Notes under the pieces: model-generated
Told to the model about the DNA's origin: nothing
Database searches by the model: none
What the model saw: the letters and a program-made list of their open reading frames with translations, nothing else
Shown: positions 27,369 to 37,635 of the stretch, piece by piece
Layout: each line of letters begins with the position of its first letter
How positions within the stretch are numbered: the first letter of the stretch is position 1
Position numbers and translations under genes: made by a program
Source of the DNA: Alkalispirochaeta sp.
Lineage (GTDB): Bacteria > Spirochaetota > Spirochaetia > DSM-27196 > Alkalispirochaetaceae
NCBI GenBank assembly: GCA_965242725.1
Contig: CBDESZ010000025.1
Coordinates: forward strand, 224,001-288,000
Reading direction: 5' to 3'
Length of the DNA stretch: 64,000 nucleotides

Positions 27369-28816
27369 CGCCCGCCGGTGGCCGGAGGCAGAGATACTAT
27401 AAAGCGGGACCCCGATGAATTGTTCAATGCGTCTTCCACGCGGATGCGCCCTCCGTGCATTTGTACAAGTTCCGACGTTATCGCAAGACCAAGCCCGGAT
27501 CCGCCGCCGGATCTGTTACGGTCATTGTCGATGCGGACAAAGCGCTTGAAGATCCGCTCCCGGTCGGAGACGTTGATTCCCGGTCCATGATCTTCAATCG
27601 CGATTTCTATCCATGTGTCGTTACCTTCCCGTTTCGACGTCGCTTCTATGAGAATTTCTCCCGATGACGGGGTGTATCGAATGGCATTGCCGATGAGATT
27701 TGACATTATCTGTTGAAACCGTTGGGGATCGACAACGATATACTCCGATGCCACCTGAGGCGCGACGGACAGACGGAGCGTTATCCGTCGTTCATACGCT
27801 GCCGGTTCCATTCTGCTGCACGTCCCGTGGAGCGCCTCCTCGACGCTCCACGGTTGCAGTGACAGGGAGAGTTTTCCCGCGTCCGCTCTGGCGAGAGTCT
27901 GGAGGTCGTCCACGAGATCTCCCAGTCGTTCAACGTCGTGGGTGAGTGCAGACCATTGCTCGTCGTCGGTCCGGTAGATACCCTCCCGCAGCATCTGTAT
28001 ACGTGCCGTCAACAGGGATATGGGAGTCCGGAGCTCGTGCGCCGCGTCGCCGACAAAGCGCTTTCTGCTCTCCTCCTGGGCCTGGATTTCGCCCGCCATC
28101 GCGTTAAAACGCACAACGAGATCGGCAAGTTCGTGTTGGCCCCGGGGAACGGGTGCACGTTCCGCATAGTTTCCCGTTGAGATTTCTCCCGAGGCGTGGT
28201 GAAGATCACGGATCGGCTGGAGCAGCCACCGTACCCAGAACACGCTAATGGCGGATACCGACAGGAAAAGGACGATCCCTGCGACCACCGCGGCACGCAG
28301 AGTGCTCCGGAGAAAAACCGTTGAGAGGAGATTACTCTCCGCTGCAACCATCGCGCCCACAAAGAGATACCCCTCCTCGCCATCGGGCAGTTCAATCGGT
28401 ACGCCATCGCGGATATCCAGTGTACCCGGAAGTTGCCGGGGAAGCGAATCGGGGACACTCCGTCGGAAGAGCACGCTCCCGTCGTCGGCGACGATGACAA
28501 TCGGTTGATCAAGAAAGGGCGATGGTACATTCGGTCTCCGCCTGTTTCCCATCATCGGCGGCATCATGCGATGAGAACCGGCGGGATCGCGAGGCTCCGA
28601 GAAGAGGGGGCCTGCATCATCCCAGGAGCGTTCATTCCGGAAATACTCCTCGATCCACGGTGCAAGGCGCTGCGCCGTTGCCCGGTCAACGTCAAGGCCC
28701 GTCCGGAGCGCCTGGCGGGATGTTGTCGTTACGACGACGACGGCAAATATGACAAGAACCAGGAGCGCTATTGCGGCATGGCTTGCGACGAGGCGTCCGG
28801 AAATCCCTATCTTCAT
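27359..28816 (-). CDS. HAMP-containing sensor histidine kinase (BaeS-like)
   Basis: 2 TM segments, HAMP, DAAHELRTP H-box, NLIGNAIRYT, DHGPGI, GGSGLGLAI. Confidence 0.93.
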   Translation of the reverse strand: MKIGISGRLVASHAAIALLVLVIFAVVVVTTTSRQALRTGLDVDRATAQRLAPWIEEYFRNERSWDDAGPLFSEPRDPAGSHRMMPPMMGNRRRPNVPSPFLDQPIVIVADDGSVLFRRSVPDSLPRQLPGTLDIRDGVPIELPDGEEGYLFVGAMVAAESNLLSTVFLRSTLRAAVVAGIVLFLSVSAISVFWVRWLLQPIRDLHHASGEISTGNYAERAPVPRGQHELADLVVRFNAMAGEIQAQEESRKRFVGDAAHELRTPISLLTARIQMLREGIYRTDDEQWSALTHDVERLGDLVDDLQTLARADAGKLSLSLQPWSVEEALHGTCSRMEPAAYERRITLRLSVAPQVASEYIVVDPQRFQQIMSNLIGNAIRYTPSSGEILIEATSKREGNDTWIEIAIEDHGPGINVSDRERIFKRFVRIDNDRNRSGGGSGLGLAITSELVQMHGGRIRVEDALNNSSGSRFIVSLPPATGGRHG

Positions 28817-29514
28817 ACCTCTTCCAATCGATACCCGACACCCCAGACGGTCTTCAGCCGTTTTGGAGAGGCAGGATCACGTTCAATCTGTTTTCGTATT
28901 TTGCCGATATGGACGTCCACCGTGCGTTCATACCCCTCAAAGGCGTGGTCCTGGAAGGTTTCCAGGAGCTGAAGTCGGGTGAAGACGCGTCCCGGAAAGC
29001 GGGCCATCGCCGTTAATATGGAGAACTGTGCGGCCGTCAGTTCCGCGGATTTCCCGTCAACGGTAACGGTGTGCTGCTCCTCATTGATCACGATACCGCC
29101 GACGGAAACGGGCCCGTGGCGTCGCTGTGCCGACGAGTCGGTCTGCCCCGTGCCGGCGGTCCGGCGCAGGACGGCGGTGATACGCATGGAGAGCTCCGGG
29201 AGACTGAACGGTTTTACGAGATAGTCGTCGACGCCGGCGGAGAATCCCGCGAGACGGTCTTCCTCTTCCCCCCGGGCACTGATAATGACGATGGGAATGG
29301 TCGTCTGGCCGGTCACCGTTCTGGCGACATCGATACCCGCCAGACCGGGAAGGTTGAGGTCCAGAACGACCAGGTCCGGGGGACTCTGGAAAATTTCCTT
29401 TATCGCCGCGGACCCGTCATAGACGTGCCGGACATTGTGCCCGGCACGTTTGAGATAGTCGCCGACCATATGGTTCAGCTCTTTTTCATCTTCTACGATC
29501 AGTATGGTTGCCAT
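28813..29514 (-). CDS. OmpR/PhoB family response regulator (BaeR-like)
   Basis: ILIVEDE, LDLNLP, DDYLVKPFS, RTVDVHIGKIR, KTVWGVGY. Confidence 0.93.
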   Translation of the reverse strand: MATILIVEDEKELNHMVGDYLKRAGHNVRHVYDGSAAIKEIFQSPPDLVVLDLNLPGLAGIDVARTVTGQTTIPIVIISARGEEEDRLAGFSAGVDDYLVKPFSLPELSMRITAVLRRTAGTGQTDSSAQRRHGPVSVGGIVINEEQHTVTVDGKSAELTAAQFSILTAMARFPGRVFTRLQLLETFQDHAFEGYERTVDVHIGKIRKQIERDPASPKRLKTVWGVGYRLEEV

Positions 29515-29604
29515 TGCTGATTCGTATTCTAACACCTGCCACGAAAATTGACGGCATCAGCCGAATATTTTCAATAGTCCCCGGAGCGCAACGCGGCAGG
29601 GGAC

Positions 29605-30129
29605 CTATCGCCGGGGCGCGTTCCAGCCGTTGGGCCGGTCGGTGCCGAAATATCCGCGACCGTGCATTCCGCCGTAGGGGCGGGCACCCCATCGTCCGCC
29701 GATTCCGTCGTCGGGAGCGACGAACTTCGTTCCACCGCTCTCAAGAGTTGCGACGTGGATGACCCGGTATGTCGTGAGCAGGTCGGGACTCTTCATCTCC
29801 ACGAGATCTCCCGTTACGGTGATTTCCTGGCCGTTTCGCAGATTAACCTCATCGATGAGGGCCGGGTGAATCCGAAGAGTATAGGTCACGGAACCGACCG
29901 TCATCGCCGGAAATTCGTTTTCCGCCAGGACGAGACGTCCCGTTCGCTGTACCTCTTCAACTTCCACGTCACGTCCGGCGTAGCCGTACCCCGGCCCGCC
30001 CATTCCGGGACCATGGAACCCCCACCCGTCGCTTCCCTGGAAACCGGGGCCCGACATTCTTCCCTGCGCCGCAGCGACGCCGAAAACCAGAACAATCATC
30101 ACACTTCCCAACAGTATTGTACGTTTCAT
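29605..30129 (-). CDS. Exported hypothetical protein with Gly/Met-rich termini and probable OB-like core
   Basis: Signal peptide ending AAA-Q; AGGAGG SD; first gene of the two-component locus. Confidence 0.7.
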   Translation of the reverse strand: MKRTILLGSVMIVLVFGVAAAQGRMSGPGFQGSDGWGFHGPGMGGPGYGYAGRDVEVEEVQRTGRLVLAENEFPAMTVGSVTYTLRIHPALIDEVNLRNGQEITVTGDLVEMKSPDLLTTYRVIHVATLESGGTKFVAPDDGIGGRWGARPYGGMHGRGYFGTDRPNGWNAPRR

Positions 30130-30160
30130 CGTACACCTCCTAACGTAATGTCTGATGGAG

Positions 30161-30215
30161 ATGATATCCGTCGAATATGAAGAAAGATTGAAGCGTCTCT
30201 GTTAGTTCTATGAAA
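30161..30215 (-). promoter_or_regulatory. Candidate OmpR-type response-regulator binding array plus -10 box
   Basis: + strand heptamers TATGAAG (30176), ATTGAAG (30187), TCTGTTA (30198), TATGAAA (30209) at 11-bp period; minus-strand -10 TATCAT at 30166-30161. Confidence 0.55.
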
Positions 30216-30264
30216 TTGCATCTCCCACCGGTCGCGTTTGCGACATTTTGTTATAATGAAGGGA

Positions 30265-33200
30265 ATGAAACGCACCGGGTCGAAATTGTCAGTCTGTCTA
30301 TGGATGTTGAGCGTCTTATTTGTCGTTACCCGGGTGCCCGTCATGGGACAGGATTTCTTTTCCGGGGATCGACCGCCGCGGCTGAACCTGATCGACCGTT
30401 CAAACGGGTTGCCCCACAACTCCGTATCGGCCATTCAACAGGATGCCCGCGGTTTCCTCTGGTTCGGTACACAGGGCGGGTTGGCCCGTTACGACGGAAA
30501 ATCATTCAAAATATATAAAAGTATTCCCTTTGACCCGGAGTCGCTGCCGCATAACCTCGTTCAGACAGTCTATTACGAAGAAAAGAGGGATACCCTATGG
30601 GTAGGGACTTATAACGGTCTGGCCCGTTTTGTTCTTGGCGAGACGGGATTCACAGACTACCAGTATGATCCCGATGACGATACAACGATTTCCGAAAACG
30701 TGGTCATTGCGGTGGGAGAAGGTCCTGACGGCGAGATATGGGTTGGTACCCAGAAAGGCCTCAACCGTTTTGAGGAGAACGGTACCTTTCGCCGGTTTTC
30801 AATAGAGGGCGACGTTGTACGTGCGATTTATACCGACTCCCGGGGTACGATGTGGGTCGGTACCTACGGAGGTCTCTTTTACTGGGATGCAGGGGAGGAA
30901 CGCTTCGTCGCGGAGGAACAGCTCTGGAGTTCCCCTGCCGTGATGGCCATCACCGAGGTGGAACCGGGAGTGCTTCTCCTGGGAACGTGGGGTGCCGAGC
31001 CCGATGTGGGAGGCGTCGTTCTTCTGGACGTCGATACCGGCACGGTCACGGAACATCATCTTCCGGACAACCGGGTGTATACGGTCCTCAGCGCATCTGA
31101 CGGTACCGTCTGGGCGGGAACGTGGGGAGGCGGCCTTCACGTCATTACCGACGAAGGAGAGCGGTTTGAATTTGGCGCCGTCTCGCCGGAGGGACTGGCG
31201 TCGCCTGTCGTCTATTCACTCCTTGAAGATACCTCCGGACTCGTCTGGGTCGGGACAAACGGAGGCGGGGTACATTACCTCAGTCCCCGGAGACGCAATT
31301 TCCGCGCCTTTTTTCACGATTCTGAAAACCCGGCTACGCTTCCCGCCGGAAAGGTCAACGCCATTCTGCGCGACAGCCGGGGTATTCTCTGGGTCGGATT
31401 GTACAGCGGAGGGCTTGCGCGATACGACGCGGAAGATAATCGCTGGGTACAATATGACCGGGATCCCGGGAATCCCTATTCCCTGGCAAACGACATCGTC
31501 ACCGACATTTATGAGGACCGCGACGGAAACCTTTGGATCGGCACCAACGGCGGCCTGCAATTATATGACCGCGAAAGCGATCGCTTTCTTCGCTGGGGTG
31601 AACATATCTATCAGGATCTGCCCTTTGAAGGAACAATTGTCTACCGTCTCGGTGAGGACTCATACGGCAATTTCTGGATCGGCACCTATCATGCGGGGGT
31701 AACGGTTGTCGACAGGAGTCGGGGGGAAGCAAAAAACTTTCAGAGCGACCCGAATGATCCGGCGAGTCTCTCGGACAATCTGGTATTCGACTTTCTTCTC
31801 GACAGCAATGACGACTTCTGGATTGCCACCAACGGGGGGCTTAACAGGTTTCGTCCGGGAAGCGGTGACTTTGAGGTGTTCCGATATGCAATGGACAAAC
31901 CCGACGGATTGACGAGCAACACCGTACGGGTCCTCTTTGAAGACTCCCGCCGCAATTTCTGGATCGGAACGGTAAGTGGAGGACTCAACCGTCTCGATCG
32001 CCGTTCCGGTGCATTCACCTATTTGACGGAACAGGACGGACTGTCGGACAACACCGTCGTTTCCATTCTGGAAGGAGCGGACGGAACGATATGGCTCGGT
32101 ACTCCCCGGGGGCTCACCGTCTACAATCCCGAAGATGGACGGATCGACGTCGTGGACGAACAGGATGGGCTTTTCGGCAGTGAATTTCACTCCGGCCACC
32201 TGCAGGACACCGACGGGACGCTTCTGTTTGGCGGCGGCCATGGAATAACCCGGATCGATGCGTCCGCAGCGCGATCCAACGCTCACGTCCCGCCGGTTCA
32301 AATCACGGATGTCAAGGTCTTTCAGGAATCAATCATGCCCTCCCGTCAGAGTCACAACGGTACGCATATCGATCTGTCGCCGGAGGACATGTTTCTGAAC
32401 ATTGAGTTTGTCGGTCTCGACTTTGAGTCGCCGGACAGCAATCAGTATGCCTATCAGCTTGTCGGGTTTGACAGGGAGCGCATCCTCGCGGGTTCCCGCA
32501 ACGTTGCAACCTATACAAACCTGCCGCCGGGACGATTTGAATTCCGGGCGTGGGCGACAAACGGAGACGGCGTGTGGTCCGATGAACCTGCGCGCCTCTC
32601 GATTCGCGTCAACTCTCCCTGGTATGAACGATGGTGGGCCTACCTTCTCTACGGTGTGGCGGTGGTCCTCCTGGTTCTCGGTGCCCTCCGGTGGCGGACT
32701 GCCCGCATCCTTGAGGCCAAGAACCGCGATCTCGAGTATGCAAACTTCCAGCTGGCGCGTGCAAATACGGAGTTGGAACGGCTCAGTGTTCGCGATGCTC
32801 TCACGGGCCTTTTCAACAGAAGGTATTTCGACAGCCGTGTCCAGGAAGAGTGGTTTCGCGCCAGGCGTTCTCACCAGCCCCTGGCGTTGCTCATGATCGA
32901 TATCGATCACTTCAAGCGATTCAACGACAATTACGGGCATGTTGCCGGTGATCGGGTCCTTTCCGCGACGGCGACGGTCTTCCAGAACGTCGTCGTTCGG
33001 CAGACGGACTTCGTGGCACGGTACGGAGGGGAAGAGTTTGTCGCCCTGCTCTATGATACGCCCGATGCCGGAGCGGCGGCCATCGCGGAACGTATCAGGG
33101 TATCGATGTGCGAGGGCATCCTCGTCCCTCGCACCGAGATCGTATCGGTGAGTATCGGTTACTGCGTGACCGTTCCGGATACACAGGTAGATGCGGAAAT

Positions 33201-33297
33201 CCTCCTGCGCTGCGCCGATGAGGCGCTGTACCGGGCCAAACGGAACGGCCGGAACAGGGTGGAACGAGGCGTTCTTGTGGAGCGGCACACCGACTGA
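30265..33297 (+). CDS. Diguanylate cyclase with extracytoplasmic Reg_prop beta-propeller and Y_Y_Y sensor
   Basis: Many D..G.LW.GT..GL repeats, YTNLPPGRF (Y_Y_Y), PWY..WW TM, coiled coil, DALTGLFNRR, I-site RQTD, GGEEF. Confidence 0.92.
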   Translation: MKRTGSKLSVCLWMLSVLFVVTRVPVMGQDFFSGDRPPRLNLIDRSNGLPHNSVSAIQQDARGFLWFGTQGGLARYDGKSFKIYKSIPFDPESLPHNLVQTVYYEEKRDTLWVGTYNGLARFVLGETGFTDYQYDPDDDTTISENVVIAVGEGPDGEIWVGTQKGLNRFEENGTFRRFSIEGDVVRAIYTDSRGTMWVGTYGGLFYWDAGEERFVAEEQLWSSPAVMAITEVEPGVLLLGTWGAEPDVGGVVLLDVDTGTVTEHHLPDNRVYTVLSASDGTVWAGTWGGGLHVITDEGERFEFGAVSPEGLASPVVYSLLEDTSGLVWVGTNGGGVHYLSPRRRNFRAFFHDSENPATLPAGKVNAILRDSRGILWVGLYSGGLARYDAEDNRWVQYDRDPGNPYSLANDIVTDIYEDRDGNLWIGTNGGLQLYDRESDRFLRWGEHIYQDLPFEGTIVYRLGEDSYGNFWIGTYHAGVTVVDRSRGEAKNFQSDPNDPASLSDNLVFDFLLDSNDDFWIATNGGLNRFRPGSGDFEVFRYAMDKPDGLTSNTVRVLFEDSRRNFWIGTVSGGLNRLDRRSGAFTYLTEQDGLSDNTVVSILEGADGTIWLGTPRGLTVYNPEDGRIDVVDEQDGLFGSEFHSGHLQDTDGTLLFGGGHGITRIDASAARSNAHVPPVQITDVKVFQESIMPSRQSHNGTHIDLSPEDMFLNIEFVGLDFESPDSNQYAYQLVGFDRERILAGSRNVATYTNLPPGRFEFRAWATNGDGVWSDEPARLSIRVNSPWYERWWAYLLYGVAVVLLVLGALRWRTARILEAKNRDLEYANFQLARANTELERLSVRDALTGLFNRRYFDSRVQEEWFRARRSHQPLALLMIDIDHFKRFNDNYGHVAGDRVLSATATVFQNVVVRQTDFVARYGGEEFVALLYDTPDAGAAAIAERIRVSMCEGILVPRTEIVSVSIGYCVTVPDTQVDAEILLRCADEALYRAKRNGRNRVERGVLVERHTD

Positions 33298-33304
33298 TGG
33301 ACTT

Positions 33305-34675
33305 CTATCCCCGATCCGCCGCTTCCCGGCGGCGGATCCGTTCCTGAATTTCCCTGTAAAACTCGTTTGTGATCGGATACTTCGTGAGGACGAGAATCCC
33401 CAGGATGAAGAAGAGCGCCGGAATGGGACCGGAAATGAGACGGATACCCACCAGCGCCGACTCGGGCTGTTCAACGGCGACACCGGAAATCGCCTCCCGG
33501 TATCCAAAGAGGGACAGAACCATTCCGTTGAGTGCGATACCGGCGGCTTGACCGATCTTTGAAAGAAAGGTCCACATCCCGTAGAACACCCCTTCCCGGC
33601 GGATACCGTTTGTGGCGTAATCGTACTCCACAACGTCGGGGATGATCGCATAGGGCATGACGTACTGGGTGGCAAATCCCGTTCCCGCAATGGCCATGAT
33701 GATATACGCCGTCGTCGGTCCCCCCAGATGGCCTACGGCAAAAAAGACGAGGACGCTCGCGGCAAAAATCCCCATACCGATGTTGTAGCTGTTCCGTTTT
33801 CCTATGGAACGGGAAATGCGTACCCAAACGGGTATACAAATGATCGCACTGCCGAGAAGAATGGGAAGGGCGATTTGAAACGCTCCGGCGTCGCCGTAAA
33901 TAAAGCGAAAGTAATACAGCAGTGCCGCCTGAAGTATGTTGACGCCGGTTATATGAAACGCCCAGGGAATGATCGCCAGCTGAAAGGGACGCATTGAAAG
34001 CGCCTGAAGGTAGGATTTCACGATATTCATCGCCGGCGGGTCGTCGTGACGCCGCTTTTCCCGGACGCTGGCGACGACGATGAGCGTGGAAACGGCAATG
34101 ATCGCGCCGGTGACGACGGCCATTCCCGTCCATCCCGTGGCGCCTCCACCGAAGAGACCCACAAGGGGCAACACCGCTCCCGCCCCGATAAAGGTTCCCA
34201 CAACGGCAAAGGTCATGCGCCAGCCGTTGACCACCGTCCGTTCGTGAAAATCCTCCGTCAGGTCCGGTGTCATGGCGCCATAGGGGATATTGATAAAGGT
34301 ATATCCCGTGTTGAGGAGGCAGTTGATAAGAACAACCCACACGAAGAGCGCCGTCGCCGACGACGTGACGGGAGAGGGTGGTACGGTGAACATGAGAATA
34401 AGGGTGCCCAGGGTGAGCCACGCGCCTACAAAAAGCCAGGGGCGGCGGCGTCCAAAACGGGTATGTGTCCTGTCCGAGAGAAATCCGACGGCGGGATCGG
34501 TTACCGCATCCCACACCTTTCCGAGCATGAGTGCCGTGCCCGCCAGTCCCGCCGCCATTCCCACAACATCGGTCAGAAAATAAAGAAGGTAGAAACCGGA
34601 CATTGTGAAAAAAAGGTTTCCCCCCAGATCCCCGATACCGTACCCCGCTTTCTGCCGCCGCGATAGTCGCTCCAT
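33305..34675 (-). CDS. MFS glycoside-pentoside-hexuronide (GPH/MelB-like) symporter
   Basis: GYGIGDLG, WDAVTDP.VG.LSDRT.TRFGRRRPW, NIPYGAM.PDLT, IPDVVEY, RREGVFYG. Confidence 0.92.
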   Translation of the reverse strand: MERLSRRQKAGYGIGDLGGNLFFTMSGFYLLYFLTDVVGMAAGLAGTALMLGKVWDAVTDPAVGFLSDRTHTRFGRRRPWLFVGAWLTLGTLILMFTVPPSPVTSSATALFVWVVLINCLLNTGYTFINIPYGAMTPDLTEDFHERTVVNGWRMTFAVVGTFIGAGAVLPLVGLFGGGATGWTGMAVVTGAIIAVSTLIVVASVREKRRHDDPPAMNIVKSYLQALSMRPFQLAIIPWAFHITGVNILQAALLYYFRFIYGDAGAFQIALPILLGSAIICIPVWVRISRSIGKRNSYNIGMGIFAASVLVFFAVGHLGGPTTAYIIMAIAGTGFATQYVMPYAIIPDVVEYDYATNGIRREGVFYGMWTFLSKIGQAAGIALNGMVLSLFGYREAISGVAVEQPESALVGIRLISGPIPALFFILGILVLTKYPITNEFYREIQERIRRREAADRG

Positions 34676-34740
34676 GCACCAATAATAACGGGACAGGGGA
34701 ATGTATGGATACTTCTTTTCGTTTGTGGAATCATGAAGCT

Positions 34741-37011
34741 ATGGCAACGGTCACATTTTCCTCTCCCCAGACGATTTCATCCGATTTTATACCAGACGAA
34801 TTCCTGCCGCCGGGAAATGATCAATATACAATTCGCAATACCCAGTTTGCCCACGCCCATCGGTCGTGGCGGCCGCTGCGGAGCGACGAAATTGAGCGGT
34901 TGGTGAAAAACGGCAATACCGCCGACGATTGGGGGAATATCCTTGTCTGCGATACCTTCAACCCCAATCTCATACTGCACAGCACCTTCTTTGGACTGAT
35001 CCGAATCGGGGCGGTGGAGAAGGGCGTCCTGGAACATCACGATTTGACCTTGCCGGTGGGAATCACAAACAGCCGGATTATTTCCTGTGACATCGGTGAC
35101 CATGTGGCGTTGCACAACGTCCACTATCTGAGCCACTACATCATCGGTGATCGTTCAATCCTCACCAATATCGACGAAATGCATGTGAGCAACCACGCGA
35201 AATTCGGCAACGGCGTCGTCAAGGATGGGGAAGGGGAAGATGTTCGCATTTTGCTCGATTTGATCAACGAGACGGGAAGCCGAGGGGTGGCGCCCTTCGA
35301 TACGATGCTGCCCGCCGATGCCTACATCTGGGCGCGCTATCGCGACGACGAAATACTGCAGAAGAAACTCCTGGAGATCACCCAGAATCACGTTGACAGC
35401 CGGCGCGGCTACTACGGTGAAGTGGGGGAACAGTGTGTCCTGAAAAACTCCCGTATCGTGAAGGATGTCCGCATTGGGAGTCATTGCTACATAAAAGGGG
35501 CAAACAAGCTCAAAAACCTCACCATCTGGTCCGACGAGGATGAACCAACCCAGATCGGAGAGGGGGTGGAACTGGTGAATGGTATCATCGGGTACGGATG
35601 TCGGATTTTCTACGGATGCAAGGCCGTCCGCTTTATCATGGGGACCAACTGCAGCCTGAAATATGGAGCCCGTCTGATCCACTCATTCCTTGGTGACAAC
35701 AGCACCGTTTCGTGCTGTGAACTCCTGAACAATCTCATCTTCCCCGCCCACGAACAGCACCACAATAACTCATTCCTTGTGGCTGCCCTCCTCCGTGGTC
35801 AAAGCAATATCGCCGCGGGAGCGACCATCGGATCCAACCATAACAGCCGCAGCAACGACAACGAGATCATTGCAGGGCGCGGTTTCTGGCCCGGCCTCAG
35901 CACAACGCTGAAACACTCCTCCCGTTTTGCGTCGTTTCTTCTCATCAGTAAGGGGGATTACCCGGCGGAACTCGACATTCCGCTGCCCTTTTCTCTCCTT
36001 GCAAACAATGTGTCCGAAGGACGACTTGAAATAACCCCTGCCTTCTGGTGGACCCGGAACATGTATGCCCTGGCGCGGAACAACTGGAAATTTGCCGCCA
36101 GGGACTCCCGGGTACACCGGAGCCAGCACATCCACTTTGACGCGTTTGCGCCGGACTCGATAGAAGAAGTTATCGCCTCGCGGGAGCTGATTGAGGAGTG
36201 GGTCGGGGCAGCCGTGGAAGGAGTCGTGCCGCGGTGGGATGTCCTGCCGGGAAGCTATCAGGCGATCGTCCGCAGCCGTGGCGATGACCCGGAAGTCCGT
36301 CGTCGCCGCGAAATCGGACGGGAGCGGCTTGCGTCGGGAGATCAGGAGATACCGGACGTTACGGTGTACGGCCTCGAGAAATCCCGCCGTCCGGCGCTTC
36401 TTCTCCGCCCGAGAGAGGGATGGATTGCTTACGGTCAAATCCTGCACCATTACGCCGCCGGCCGTCTCGTATCGTACCTCTCACAGCACGGCCGGGGATC
36501 ATACGCAACCCTCGCGGAAAAGATTGAAAATCGAGCGCTCCCCTCTGCTGACGGGAGGATCACGGAGTGGGCCAATCTCGGCGGACAGCTTGTTCCGGAG
36601 ATGCGTCTGTCGGCGTTGCGGGCGGCGATTCGCGACGGAGAACTGGATACATGGGAAAAGATACACCTGAGATATGACCGGCTGCAGCGCCAGTATGAGG
36701 ATGATCTCCTCTCCCACGCCTGGGCGGTATACAGGAGCATCACGGAATCGACCGATTCCTCTTCCGATGCTTCCCGGTGGCGCGAGTTTCTTGAGACGGC
36801 GCTCACCATACAGGAACTGGTCCGGGATCGCGTATATGAAAGCAGGGAGAAGGACTACACCAATCCTTTCAGGATTGCAACCTATCGGAGTGCGGAAGAA
36901 ATGGCCTCCGCCATCGGCACAATCGACGACAACAGCTTCATACGCCAGGTGGCGGAGGAGACGGAAGAGTTCCGCCGGTATGTCGAAGTCCTTCTCCAGA
37001 CAGAGGTGTGA
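34741..37011 (+). CDS. DUF4954 family protein (left-handed beta-helix-like core)
   Basis: IKGANKLKNLTI, QIGEGVELVNGIIG, GDNSTVSCCELLNNLIFPAHEQHHNNSFL, GATIGSNHNSR, GRGFWPGL. Confidence 0.8.
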   Translation: MATVTFSSPQTISSDFIPDEFLPPGNDQYTIRNTQFAHAHRSWRPLRSDEIERLVKNGNTADDWGNILVCDTFNPNLILHSTFFGLIRIGAVEKGVLEHHDLTLPVGITNSRIISCDIGDHVALHNVHYLSHYIIGDRSILTNIDEMHVSNHAKFGNGVVKDGEGEDVRILLDLINETGSRGVAPFDTMLPADAYIWARYRDDEILQKKLLEITQNHVDSRRGYYGEVGEQCVLKNSRIVKDVRIGSHCYIKGANKLKNLTIWSDEDEPTQIGEGVELVNGIIGYGCRIFYGCKAVRFIMGTNCSLKYGARLIHSFLGDNSTVSCCELLNNLIFPAHEQHHNNSFLVAALLRGQSNIAAGATIGSNHNSRSNDNEIIAGRGFWPGLSTTLKHSSRFASFLLISKGDYPAELDIPLPFSLLANNVSEGRLEITPAFWWTRNMYALARNNWKFAARDSRVHRSQHIHFDAFAPDSIEEVIASRELIEEWVGAAVEGVVPRWDVLPGSYQAIVRSRGDDPEVRRRREIGRERLASGDQEIPDVTVYGLEKSRRPALLLRPREGWIAYGQILHHYAAGRLVSYLSQHGRGSYATLAEKIENRALPSADGRITEWANLGGQLVPEMRLSALRAAIRDGELDTWEKIHLRYDRLQRQYEDDLLSHAWAVYRSITESTDSSSDASRWREFLETALTIQELVRDRVYESREKDYTNPFRIATYRSAEEMASAIGTIDDNSFIRQVAEETEEFRRYVEVLLQTEV

Positions 37012-37030
37012 CGCTACCGGCGGGATTCAA

Positions 37031-37513
37031 TTAATGGTGGTGGGATCCGTCGTGGACGTGTCCGTGTTCGATCTCTTCTTCGGTGGCGCTGCGAATATCC
37101 TTGACGGTGACGTCGAAATGGAGATCCTCTCCCGCGAGCGGGTGATTCCCGTCCAACGTGACTTCATCTTCCTGAATATCGATGAGATTGACTACCAGCT
37201 CCTGACCGTCCTGGGACTGGGCCCGAAACTGCATTCCCAGTTCCAGTTCGCCGTCGGGCAGTCTGTCCCGGGGAATTGAAAAGACGAGATCGTCCCGCCG
37301 TTCACCGTATCCTTCGTCGGGCGTTACCGTCGTCTCTACCGCTGCACCGACCTCTTTCCCTGTCAGCACCTTTTCAAGTCCCGGTACGATATTCTGATGC
37401 CCGTGCAAATAGGACAGATCACCGTTGTTGTCCGACGAGTCGAGAACCTCACCGGAGTCGTTTTTAAGGGTGTATCCGATGGTTACCACCGCATCTTGTT
37501 CAACTTTCATCAT
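37031..37513 (-). CDS. slyD: FKBP-type peptidyl-prolyl cis-trans isomerase SlyD
   Basis: LSYLHGHQNIVPGLE, PDEGYGER, LDGNHPLAGEDLHFDV, His-rich tail HGHVHDGSHHH; GGAGG SD. Confidence 0.93.
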   Translation of the reverse strand: MMKVEQDAVVTIGYTLKNDSGEVLDSSDNNGDLSYLHGHQNIVPGLEKVLTGKEVGAAVETTVTPDEGYGERRDDLVFSIPRDRLPDGELELGMQFRAQSQDGQELVVNLIDIQEDEVTLDGNHPLAGEDLHFDVTVKDIRSATEEEIEHGHVHDGSHHH

Positions 37514-37559
37514 TGACCTCCATTGACAAGGGGCCGGAGGAACGTTATCGGTATACTAC

Positions 37560-37586
37560 AAAAAAAGCCGGGTGAATTCCCGGCTT
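37560..37586 (-). terminator. Intrinsic terminator located in the 5' region of slyD
   Basis: Minus strand AAGCCGGG-AATTCA-CCCGGCTT plus T tract, about 50 nt upstream of the slyD start and in the same orientation. Confidence 0.75.
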
Positions 37587-37635
37587 GAGACATATACCGA
37601 CATAAAGTTACCCGAATCCCCGCTTTGATGGAACC

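Noticed and set aside
30400..32250. Repeated sequence units that might suggest an array
   Set aside because: They are protein-level beta-propeller (Reg_prop) repeats inside one ORF; no CRISPR-like repeat-spacer pattern was seen anywhere in the window.
33471..34682. 403-aa same-strand alternative-frame ORF over the GPH transporter (also 44558-45409 over the DMT gene)
   Set aside because: Arg/Gly-rich, low-information translation overlapping a clearly real membrane protein.
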